Source: Cyanophora paradoxa CCMP329
Taxonomy: Eukaryota; Plantae; Glaucophyta
Direction of reading: 5' to 3'
DNA: 64,000 bases
Assembly (NCBI GenBank): GCA_004431415.1
Contig: QPMI01000017.1
Coordinates: 806,001 to 870,000 of the forward strand
Below are positions 27,875-39,700 of this stretch, piece after piece (positions within the stretch are counted from its first letter, which is position 1; each line of letters starts with the position of its first letter). Made by a program: the position numbers and the translations under genes. The notes beneath the pieces were generated by a model, which saw only the letters and a program-made list of their open reading frames with translations, was not told the DNA's origin and made no database searches.

Positions 27875-29850
27875 ATGGATGGCGGCGGCGCCGAAGCAGA
27901 CGCGGTCACGCGCGTGCTGCCGCGCGAGCTCCTGTCGGCAGTCTTCAGCCAGCTGAACGTAAGCCAACGCGCCGTGGCGAGCCGCGTTTGCCGGCGGTGG
28001 CGGGCCGCCGCGCTGGAGCCGCCGCACTCGACCGAGCTGTCCCTCAAGTGCGCTCGTGGCCGGACGCATGCGACCCGTCGGCGCCTGACCTTCGCGCAGC
28101 GTCGCGGGGGACGTGCGCGACGAGGACCCGCGCCCGGCGCTGCGGGTGCAGCTGGACGAGCTCGCGCGCCTCAGTCGCGACTCGTTCGCGTGGCAGACGC
28201 TCCAGGCGGCCGTCCCCGACCTCGAGCGCTTCGCCCAGGCCGCCCTCTCCGCCTCCGCGGCCGCCGCCGTGCTGCGGGGCCCGCTCTGCGCGGGGCTCGC
28301 CCGCCTCGAGCTGGAGGTGGCGTTCGCGACGCGGACGCTCACAGGCCCGGCCTCGGCGGGAGTCGACCCCGCGCTCGTCTGCGTCGACCACGTCCTCGCC
28401 GCCGCGCCCCCGTCCCTCCGCCGCCTCCACATCGCCTTCCCCTGTGCGCGCCCCGCGCCCGCCCCGCCCGCCCGCGCCCCGCCCCTAACCCATCCCCTCG
28501 CAGTGGAGCGGGGGGACGCTCTGATGCGGTCGCCCCCGCGGGTCGCGGCCGCGCTGCAGCAGCACGCGCCCGACCTCGCCCACCTCTCCTTCTCCTGCTT
28601 CGGCGGCCCCGCCATCGTCACCCCCGAGACCCCCGTGCGCACCCCCCTCCGACGACCGGCCGCCGCGACCCCCACCCCGTCACGCCGGCGCAGCTGCCGC
28701 GGCTACCGCGTCTGGAGTACATGGGCGCGCTGCTGTACCGGCCCCGGGCCGAGGCCCTCGCGCGGCTGCTCCCCTCGCTGCGCCGCGCCTACGGCATCGA
28801 GGTCACCGACGAGCCCGCCGCCCTGGCCGGCCTCGCCGCCCGCGGCCTCGCCTGCCGCTTCCTCTGCACCCCGGCGCCCCGCGGCTCCGTCCTCGACCTG
28901 CGCGCGGGGGGCGCCTTCGAGGCCGCCGCCGCCCTCTTCCGGCCGGGCGCCGTACCCCCGGAGGCCGGCCCCGCCGTGCTGCGCCTGCAGCGCTGCGAGC
29001 TCCCCGACGAGTGGCCCCGCGGCGCCTTCGACGGCGTCGAGACGTGCGTACCCCCCTGAACCGCGCCGTACCCCGGCGCTGATTCCCCCGTCCCCAGGCT
29101 CGAGATCCGGGACTCGAGGCTGAGCCCGGCGCTGCTGCGCTGGGTACGGGAGCGGGCCGGGACTCTTCGGGACGTCACGCTCGCCTGTACCCACGAAGAT
29201 GTCACCCCCGCCGAGGTCCTGGCCGTCCTGGAGGCCCTCCGCCCGGGTACGCGGGCATCCTTCCGCGTCCGCGAGGATTGGAGCCTCGAGGACGTGCGTA
29301 CCCCCCCGGCCAATCCCCGACCCGATCGCCTGTACCCCCTGAGGTTCCACTGCAGATCGTGGAGTTTCTAGAGGCGGCGGCTGTGAGCCCGCGCGTCAAC
29401 CGGGCCGGGGTACAGGTACGAGCGACAGCTCCGGGCGGGGTACCGCCATCACGGAAGGCCTGAGGGGCCCCGGGTACAGATCCTGGTGCGGCCGAACCTA
29501 TTGCAGGAGCCGGGGGTACTGGAAGCCCTTCGCCGCTGTCCAGTCGCAACTGTCCGCCCCGCTTCGTTGGCCCTTCACCCCATCCTCGGGGGCAGCTGGC
29601 CCGCTCACCGCGCCCGCCGCGCACGCAGGCTTCGTGACGTCACGCGCCGGGCGCCGGCCGCCGGCTCCGCGCCCCCTCGAGGAGCGGCACGGCGGCCCCG
29701 CGGCGTGGCATGCGACCCCAGTGACCACGAGCCTGGGCCGCGGCGTCTGCGCCGCGGGTTCAGCCCGCCGCTGGCTCGCAGCCTGGCTGCATCGGAACGG
29801 GCGCCCTCTGTACTGAAGCGCACTGATGCGGCGCGGTTCTCGCGCTGTAA
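27875..29850 (+). CDS. F-box protein with Leu-rich C-terminal region (paralog 2), multi-exon, 3' end approximate
   Basis: F-box LPRELLSAVFSQLNVSQRAVASRVCRRWRAAALEPPHSTELSL. Downstream LRGPLCAGLARLEL, PPSLRRLHIAFP and LEYMGALL are homologous to paralog 1. Confidence 0.75.
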
Positions 29851-30713
29851 GCGGTACCCCGATGAGCGGTACCCCGATAGGCCATACCCTTCACGCGCCC
29901 CCCCCCCCCCCCCCCCTCCTTCGAGCTCTGGAATACTAATCGAATTCGCAACTGTCTTTTTTTAATATAATGAGTATTTATCAAGAGATCTAGAGCTCAC
30001 ATCGTCACAGGGTGTTCGAATTCGAAGCGAAGTCTCGGTTTAAGTTTGCGATTGCAATTGGGCGTGCGGTTTGGGGCATGCGCAAGAGGCTGGGAGTACC
30101 AAGCGGTATATATTTCAATGATTCAAACAAAGAAGCTCAAGAGCGCTTATTAATTTGTAGTTATCTGTACATGCATTTGTGCAGCCTGCGAATGCGAAAC
30201 CTGCACAATGCAAACGACTCTAGATCTCGGCGACAGTCACGAATTCGATAAGGTGCGAAAAGACACTTGCAACCTGCGTACACTATAGTCTAATTATAAA
30301 CTGAAGCCGATGAAGCGATTTGAGCATGAAGATGTATCGATATTCATATGCATGAATAAAAATCGTCATACGACGCAGACAAGACTCGATCAAGATCAAT
30401 TGACGCGTTGCAAAACTAAAGAAATGTTACATAGCAACCGCAATTGCATATAAAGGATACAAAAATCAAATCAGGTATATCGACATCACTATAGATTCCG
30501 GTCCCTACGGACGATAAAAGGTTGAAAGCAGCTACAGCATGTATGTGCGCGGGTTCGATGTTCGAATTCGGGCGGCGCGCCAAAAGACGGGGCGGGCGCA
30601 CAGACGTCCGGGTTCCGCGACCACGAGGGTATCTAGATCTTCCAGAAATAGAGCTGCGCAGCTGCAGGGCGCCCGGCCGACGACCGCGAGCCGCGCCGGG
30701 CCGCGCGTCGGGG

Positions 30714-33700
30714 CTAGACGGCGAGGTGCTTGAGGAGGCGGCTCTGGAGGACGGAGATCTGGCCGAGGCTCGCCAGCTCGATCGGCTCGGGGGGCGTGTA
30801 CTGGACGCCCAGCGAGGGCCGGAACGAGACGCAGAGCCAGCGGGGCCCCTCGCTCGTGGTCATGCGCTTGAGGAAGCCCGTCGTGAGGCCGGTGCGGATG
30901 GCCCCGAGCGGCGTCGCCCACTTGACGACGAGCACGGCGATCTCCATCTTGCCGGGGACCGTCTCCGGCGGGCTGGCCACCGTGTACAGCCGCGGCTTCA
31001 TCACGGGCAGCAGGTCCACGAGGTGCGCCAGCGGCGGCTTCGTGCTCGGGAACGAGCGGAAGATGTCGGCGTACGTCGCCGCCTCCTGCACGAGGCACGA
31101 GAAGACGTAGCGGCCGCGCGGCGAGCGGCTCCCGATGGACATCAGCGTCTCCTTCTCCTTGGGGTCCTTGGCGAACTTGGCGACGGCCTTGTAGAAGCGC
31201 GCCGTCGGGCGTCCGAAGACGTCGAGCACGTCGGTGAAGAGCTGGTGGACGCTGGTGCCGGGCGGGATCTTGGGCTTGAGGAGCTTCTTGGGGGCCTTCT
31301 TGCCCTCCTCCGTGAGGGTCAGCTCGACGGTCTGGGCCCCCGTCAGGCCCATGAACTTGAGGAAGCTCGAGACCGCCGCCGGGTCGTTCCGCTGCGCCGC
31401 CCCGCCGCGCCGGCCGCGTCAGCCGGCCGCCGCCGCGGGCTGGCGCGGGGGGGAGCAGCGCAGCGCAGAGCAAGCAGCGGCCGCACCGGGTAGACGCCGA
31501 CGGCGTCGTGGGCCGAGTAGCGGATGTTGGCGTCCTTCACGTCGAGCTGCGCGCCCCGCGCCGGTCAGCGCGGTGTGGCGCGGCGTGGCGAAGCGGGCGG
31601 GGCGGGGCGGTGCGCACGAGGAGGTAGAGGGCCTGGCGCGGGTGCTTGGGCGGCGTGATCACTGCGCGCGCGGGGCGTCGGCGTCGGCGTTGTCGGGCGC
31701 GACCGACGGCGCGGGGCCCCGGCGGGCGCACGGGAGTTGTAGGAGAGGCGGATGTACTGGGCGGACGGGTCGGTGGGGATCGGCTTGTAGTCGGGGTGGT
31801 TGAGGGCGGCGTCGCAGAGGGTCGGCTTGCCGTTGAAGGTCGTCGGGCCGGTCTTGACGGTGTAGCAGGCGGGGGGCGGGAGGGCGTCCTCCGGGGGCGA
31901 GGGGAGGCGGAGGACGTCCCAGAGCTCCGTCTGCCAGACGTCGAGGCCCGTCTCGAAGCCGTCGTCCGCCTGATTGTCCCCCACGCCCCGCTCCAGGAAG
32001 CGCGAGGCGCCCAGCTCCTCCAGCCGCATGTCGAACTTGCGCGCCGCCTCGCAGAACTGCTTGTACGCCGAGTCGCCCAGGCCGAAGACCGTGTAGTGCA
32101 CCGACGCCAGGAAGTCGAGGGGCAGGTCCGGGCTCGACAGCTCCTCCCACAGCTGCTTGATGTTCTGCGCGCGTGCACACGCGACACGACCCATCAGCCA
32201 AGAAAGCGGCGCGCAGCCTCTCTTTAATCGGATATAAAGTGCAGTGGCTGTGTGGGGCCCCCGCGCACGTCGGGGAAGTCGCCGGTGCCGGCGGTGGAGA
32301 CGACGACGATGAGGAACTTGGTGTCCAGCAGCGAGTCGGCCGAGACGTCGTCCCCCTCAAAGCACTGGCACCGGTCCGCGTCCACCCCGCAGCGGATCAG
32401 CTCCTGCCGCAGGTGCTTCGCCACGTTCTCCGCGTTGCCCGTCTCCGACCCGTACACGATCGTCACCTCCTCGGGGGGCAGCCGCACGCGGATCTTGAAG
32501 CCCGACTGCAGCTTGTGGAAGTCCCCGGCGAGCTTCTTCATGTCCGCCGCCTTGGTCTGCACCCCGGCCGCGCTCCCCGCCGAGTCGTCCTTGCGGCTCG
32601 TCACCCCCGTCCGCGCCGTCGCGCCGCCGCCCTTGTCGTCGTCCCCGTCCTGCTTCTTTCCGACGTAGTACGTGTGCAGCAGCCGGTGCGACTCCTCGCT
32701 GCGCCCCCCCCGAATGGTCAGCGACGGGCCGGGCGTCGCGCGGGAAGGCTCGCGCGGGGGCGTTGGCGCGCGCGCCTGAGGGGCTTCTTGAGGAACTCCT
32801 CGTACAGGATCTGAACCTGGCGGTTCTTGTGCGACTCGCGCACGACGGAGCGCTCGTCCGTGGTGTACATGTTCGCGTGCCGCTTCTTGATGATCTCCGG
32901 GTCCGACGAGCGCGGCTGCCCGGGGCCCCCGCTGCACCCCCCGTTGCACATCATGATCTCTGCGAGCGCCGCCGTCAGCGCCGCCCCGCGCGGGCCCCGC
33001 GCGCCGCGCCGCGCCCGAGCGAGCGAGGGGCGCGGACCGACGAAGTGGAAGTTGCAGTGCTTGGCGCGGGCCTGCTCGAGGATGCTCTGCACGTTGGCCG
33101 TCCCGTGCACGACGCAGGCCTTGAGGTCGACGCCGCCCGGCAGCTTCACCGTCGCCTCCTTCACCGTGTTCAGCCCGCGCACCGCCTCGAAGTTCAGGTT
33201 CTGCGCGCGGCGGACGGTCGGCGCAGGGCGGGCGGGCGGGCGGGCGCCGCCGGTCGCGCACGGGGAGGTCGGGGACGGCCTGCCCCGTCTTCTCCTCGTG
33301 CTGCTGCTTCATGAGGGCGTAGCCCGTGCGCAGCGCCGCCTCCATCACGCCCCCCGTGCTGCCGAAGATGACGCCGGCGCCCGAGCCCGAGCCCAGGAAG
33401 CTCGAGAACTCGGCCTTGTCGCCCTTGCCGTCGAACATGTCCCACCGGATGTCCTTCGCCTTGAAGAGGGCGCCCAGCTCGCGCGTCGTCAGCACGATGT
33501 CCGTGTCGGGCGCGCCGTTGCGCTGCAGCTGCGGCCGCTGCGCCTCGACCTTCTTCACCGTGCACGGCATGAGCGACGCGAGCAGCAGGTCGCCCGTCTT
33601 GAGGCCGCTCTTCTCGGCGAAGAGCGTCTTGATGAGCGCCGAGCTCATCGACATGGGCGACTTGCACGACGAGAGGTGCTTCAGGAGGTCGGGGTACTCC

Positions 33701-36700
33701 TCCTCCGCCATCTGCATCCACCCCGCGCTGCGCGGCCGCCGTCGGCGCCGGCGGCGCCGCGGCGCGACGGGAGCGGCGCGCCGCACCAGCAGCTCGTGAA
33801 CATGGGGAAGGGCCCGCCCTTCTTGACGCGCTCGATCAGCTCCGACGCCTCCTCCATGATCGTCACGTCTGCCGCAGAGCGCAGGTCGAAGACTGCTCGG
33901 GGAGGCGCGCGGTCAGCCCAACGCGGCGGGGCAGCGACGGCAGAGGGCCGGGGCGCGCCGTGGTCGAATCCGGCGTAGTGGAGGGCCTGCACGATCTTGC
34001 CGACGGAGATGGCGCCCGGCTCCATGTCGAACTCCTCCGAGATGGAGACGAAGGTCGAGGGGGCGATCTGGCAGCACACGACCTTGCGCTCCGGCGTGCC
34101 CCGCGGCACGTCCAGCGCCAGCAGCGTCGTCAGCACCGCGCCCTTCACGCCCGGGTACAGGCTCGACGTCACCGGCGCCTTCTTCACGACGGCCTTGACC
34201 TCCTCCGACGGCACCGCCGACGTGGCGGACGTGGCCGAGGTGCCTGAGGCGCCCGAGGGCGGCGACGGCGACATGGAGATCGGGCTCGGGAAGCTCGAGT
34301 TGGACTCCTTGCGCGCGCCCATGCCCAGGCCCCCCACGCCGAACCCGCTCATGCCGAGGCCCCCGACGCCGAACCCGGTCCCCTGGCTGCTCACGCTCTG
34401 CGGAGACACGAGCTTCGACACGCTCATGCCGTTCACGACCGAGTAGGACGACTGGTTCGACACGCTCCCGCCGGGCGTCAGGCGCAACGCGGCCAGCAGC
34501 CCGTCCTTCCACGTCGCCTGCGCGGTACCGGCGGAGTCAGCCGTCGCCCCCATCGGGAGATGGCGCTAACGCCGTCGGTCCCGTCGGGAGATGGCGCGTT
34601 TCACGCACCCACGCCGCCTCCGCGCCGCCGGGCGCCGCCTGGTCGCCCGACCCGCGCTCCACGAGCCGCTTGCAGCCGAGCTCCGCGAGCCGCTCGTCGA
34701 CCTTCTTGGCGGCCTCGCAGTACTTCTTGTAGCCCTTGTCGCCCACGCCGAACACGGCGTAGCGCACCCCCTCGAACTCGCTCCCCGCCGACGCCTCCTC
34801 CAGCGACTCCCAGAGCGACTTCATGTTCTGCGCGCACCCGTCAGAGCCGAGCGGCGCGCGGTGCCGGTGGCGGCGCGGGCCTCGGGGAAGTCGCCGGCGC
34901 CGGCGGTGCTGGTGACGAAGACGATGTGGCTCGAGCTCGCGACCGTCTCGGCCGTGCACTCCTCCGCGTCCATCAGCTGCAGGCGCGGGTCGTCAGCGGT
35001 CGCCGCGCTACACGCGTCGCCGCCCTGGGCACCTTGACGGTGGACGGGCTCATCCCGTTGGCGACGAGCGCGGCGACGGTCTTCTTCGCCAGGCCCTCCG
35101 ACTTGCCCGTCTCCGACCCCCACACGACAACCACCTGCAGCGGATGCGCAGTCAGCCGCGCGAGCTGTATTCTCAACGACGACGCCGGTTTCGTTGCGCG
35201 TAACGCAACGAATAAATAGTTCGGGTTTGCAAATTGGGTCTCTAACGAGAATGGCGCGAAATCCACGCTGAAGTATCTTGGTTTCGATGTAAACTAACAA
35301 CTAAAATAGCTCTGTGTAGCGACATTGCCCGCGTTCAACGCTATGGATGATTTGGCTTTAAATCCGGTCGTTATCGAGAGAGGTCAACGCTCTAGATTGG
35401 GTTCGTTGTAACGAAATGCCCGACAAAGTTGCGCGCGACAAAGCACCTCTTTCGGGACAGGGGCTGTGCTCTCGAACGAAGCGGGTTTTGCGGCCGATGT
35501 CGGCGCCGTCGCCGGCACCGGGGACGCGGATGGCGCCGCTGCTGCGGCAGAGGAGCCTGCTGCCGAACGGGGCCCTCCTTGCAAACTCGACAGCAGTCCG
35601 TCCTTCCACGTCGCCTGCCGTGGCGCGAAGGCGTAAGACGTCGCCCCCATCGGACGTAAACCGAACGTTTCACGCACCCACGCCGCCTCCGCGCCGCCGG
35701 GCGCCGCCTGGTCGCCCGACCCGCGCTCCACGAGCCGCTTGCAGCCGAGCTCCGCGAGCCGCTCGTCGACCTTCTTGGCGGCCTCGCAGTACTTCTTGTA
35801 GCCCTTGTCGCCCACGCCGAACACGGCGTAGCGCACCCCCTCGAACTCGCTCCCCGCCGACGCCTCCTCCAGCGACTCCCAGAGCGACTTCATGTTCTGC
35901 GCGCACCCGTCAGAGCCGAGCGGCGCGCGGCGCGGGCGGCGGCGCGGGCGGCGGGGCGGGCCTCGGGGAAGTCGCCGGCGCCGGCGGTGCTGGTGACGAA
36001 GACGATGTGGCTCGAGCTCGCGACCGTTTCGGCCGTGCACTCCTCCGCGTCCATCAGCTGCGGGCAGAGCTCGATTCGGGCGACGGCAGGTCATCGGGGC
36101 ACATCAATGCACCGTCGCGGTCATTCCAGCTGCATCGATCGCAGCGGCCGTCTTCTTCGCCAGGCCCTCCGACTTGCCCGTTTCTGATCCCCACACGACG
36201 AGTACCTACGGCGGAAACGCGATGAGCGGCGTTCACGCTCTGCGTTGGCACGTTCTTGGCTGCGTGTAAAGCTATGGAAAACCCGGCTCCTAAATCGGGT
36301 CGCTGTGGAAAGAAATGGGAAAATTCGACAATGTAGATCGGTTCCGATGCAGAAACAAACAACCGAAAACGTTGCCCGGCCGGGTTTGACGGCACGCTCC
36401 CACGCAAATGGCAAAGGGTACGGACCTCACGCGCGGCGGCGCCGGGCTGGCCCCCGGCGGCAGAGAAGGACACGGATCGCGTCGGGGTGACGCGCGCGAA
36501 GGCCGAGTTGAAGCCCGCCGGCTCCTTGATGGTGGGCAGGGATCCGGTGCCAGAAGACGTCGTGGGGCGGGAAAAGTTCATCGAGCCGGACGAGGATGCC
36601 ATCTTCGACGAGGGCGGCCGCGGCGCCTGCGGCTCGGGCACCAGCGAGATTTCCCACACGGGATCGCCGTCCAGCTCCCCGACATTGGCGATGATGTTGG

Positions 36701-39700
36701 CGGCCGTCGCCGGCGTGTGTGCACGCGCATCCCGGTCCAGCTCGGCGACGACCGCCGACCAGGGCGGGTGCAGGTCCTTGCCCTTGAGGGCCTGCTTCTC
36801 GGCCGCCGGCAGGTAGTGCGTGTGCAGCAGCTCGTGCGACTTGTGGCTGAGCGGCTTCCCCAGCTCCGTCTCGTACAGGATCTGCACCTGCCGGTTCTTG
36901 TGCGACTCCCGCAGCACCGACCGCTCGTCCGCGTTGTACAGCGCCGCCGCCCGCTTCTGCAGGATCTCCGGGTCCTGCGAGCGCGGCTGGCCCGCCCCGT
37001 TCATGCACCCTCCCTCGCACATCATGATCTCTGCACGCGCGCGCGGGCCGCGCCGTCAGCGCCGCCCCGCACGGGCCCCGCGCGCCGCGCCGCGCCGCAC
37101 CGACGAAGTGGTAGGGGAGCTTGCCGGCCTTGGCGTCGTCGAGGGTGCGGGTGACGTTGGCGGCGCCGTGGACGACGCAGGCCTTGAGCTCGATGTCGCC
37201 GGGCAGCCTGAGGGTCGCCTCCTTGACGCCCTGCAGGCCCCGCACCGCCGTGATGTTCAGGTCCTTCAGGTCGGGGATGCCGCGGGCGCCCTGCGCCTCC
37301 TGCGCCTGCTTGAGGAGCGCGTAGCCCGTGCGCAGCGCCGCCTCCATCACGCCGCCCGTCACCCCGAAGATGGCGCCGGCGCCCGTCCCCGACCCCAGCA
37401 GGCTCGCGAACTCCGCCGTCTCGCCGCGCCCGTCGAACATGTCCCAGCGCACCCCCTTCGCCTTCAGCAGGGCCCCCAGCTCCTTCGTCGTCAGCACGAA
37501 GTCCGTGTCTTGCACCCCGCCGTGCTTCAGCTGCGGCCGCTGCGCCTCCGTCTTCTTCACCGTGCACGGCATCAGCCCCGTCATCACGACCTCCTCCGGC
37601 CGCAGCCCGCTCCGCGCCGCGAAGACCCCCTTCACCAGCGCCGCGCTCATCGACATCGGCGACTTGCACGTCGAGAGGTTCTTCAGCAGCTCCGGGTAGT
37701 CGTCCTCCGCCATCTGCATCCAGCTCGCGCTGCACCCGGCCGGGGCCCCGTCACGCCCCGCCGCCCCCGCCCCGCCCCGCCAGGCGCCGCTCCGCCGCAC
37801 CAGCAGCTCGTGAACATGGGGAAGGGTCCGCCCTTCTTGACGCGCTCGATCAGCTCCGACGCCTCCTCCATGATCGTCACGTCCGACGACGCCCGCAGGT
37901 CGAACACTGCGCCCCGCCGTCGGCCCCGCGCATCGCCGTCGGCCCCGCGCCCCGCGCACCGTGGTCGAAGCCGATGTGGTGCAGCGCCTGCACGATCATC
38001 CCCGGCGTGACCGACCCCGGCGGCATGTCGAACTCCTCGCACACCGACACGAACACCGACGGCGCGATCTGCCCCGGCCCCGCCGTCGGCCCAAGCCTGC
38101 CCCGACCAGCGCGCCCCGCCCCAGCGGACCTGGCAGCACTGCGTCTTGCGGCCGGGGGCGCCCCGCGGGACGTCCAGCGCCTGCGCCACCGCCAGCACCT
38201 CCTTCTTGAGACCCGGATACGCCTTCGGGGGCCCCGCCGGCACGAGCGCGACCGGCGCCGCAGTCGGCGCCGGCGCCGCGTGGCCGTTGCCGTTCGCGTG
38301 GCCGTTGCCGCCCCCGTGCGCGTCGAGCTCGGCGACGACCGCCGACCAGGGCGGGTGCAGGTCCTTGCCCTTGAGGGCCTGCTTCTCGGCCGCCGGCAGG
38401 TAGTGCGTGTGCAGCAGCTCGTGCGACTTGTGGCTGAGCGGCTTCCCCAGCTCCGTCTCGTACAGGATCTGCACCTGCCGGTTCTTGTGCGACTCCCGCA
38501 GCACCGACCGCTCGTCCGCGCTGTACAGCGCCGCCGCCCGCTTCTGCAGGATCTCCGGGTCCTGCGAGCGCGGCTGGCCCGCCCCGTTCATGCACCCTCC
38601 CTCGCACATCATGATCTCTGCGCGCGCGCGCGGGCCGCGCCGTCAGCGCCGCCCCGCACGGGCCCCGCGCGCCGCGCCGCGCCGCACCGACGAAGTGGTA
38701 GGGGAGCTTGCCGGCCTTGGCGTCGTCGAGGGTGCGGGTGACGTTGGCGGCGCCGTGGACGACGCAGGCCTTGAGCTCGATGTCGCCGGGCAGCCTGAGG
38801 GTCGCCTCCTTGACGCCCTGCAGGCCCCGCACCGCCGTGATGTTCAGGTCCTTCAGGTCGGGGATGCCGCGGGCGCCCTGCGCCTCCTGCGCCTGCTTGA
38901 GGAGCGCGTAGCCCGTGCGCAGCGCCGCCTCCATCACGCCGCCCGTCACCCCGAAGATGGCGCCGGCGCCCGTCCCCGACCCCAGCAGGCTCGCGAACTC
39001 CGCCGTCTCCCCGCGCCCGTCGAACATGTCCCAGCGCACCCCCTTCGCCTTCAGCAGCGCCCCCAGCTCCTTCGTCGTCAGCACGAAGTCCGTGTCTTGC
39101 ACCCCGCCGTGCTTCAGCTGCGGCCGCTGCGCCTCCGTCTTCTTCACCGTGCACGGCATCAGCCCCGTCATCACGACCTCCTCCGGCCGCAGCCCGCTCC
39201 GCGCCGCGAAGACCCCCTTCACCAGCGCCGCGCTCATCGACATCGGCGACTTGCACGTCGAGAGGTTCTTCAGCAGCTCCGGGTAGTCGTCCTCCGCCAT
39301 CTGCATCCAGCTCGCGCTGCACCCGGCCGGGGCCCCGTCACGCCCCGCCGCCCCCGCCCCGCCCCGCCAGGCGCCGCTCCGCCGCACCAGCAGCTCGTGA
39401 ACATGGGGAAGGGCCCGCCCTTCTTGACGCGCTCGATCAGCTCCGACGCCTCCTCCATGATCGTCACGTCCGACGAGGCCCGCAGGTCGAACACTGCGCC
39501 CCGCCGTCGGCCCCGCGCACCGCCGTCGGCCCCGCGCCCCGCGCACCGTGGTCGAAGCCGATGTGGTGCAGCGCCTGCACGATCATCCCCGGCGTGACCG
39601 ACCCCGGCGGCATGTCGAACTCCTCGCACACCGACACGAACACCGACGGCGCGATCTGCCCCGGCCCCGCCGTCGGCCCAAGCCTGCCCCGACCAGCGCG

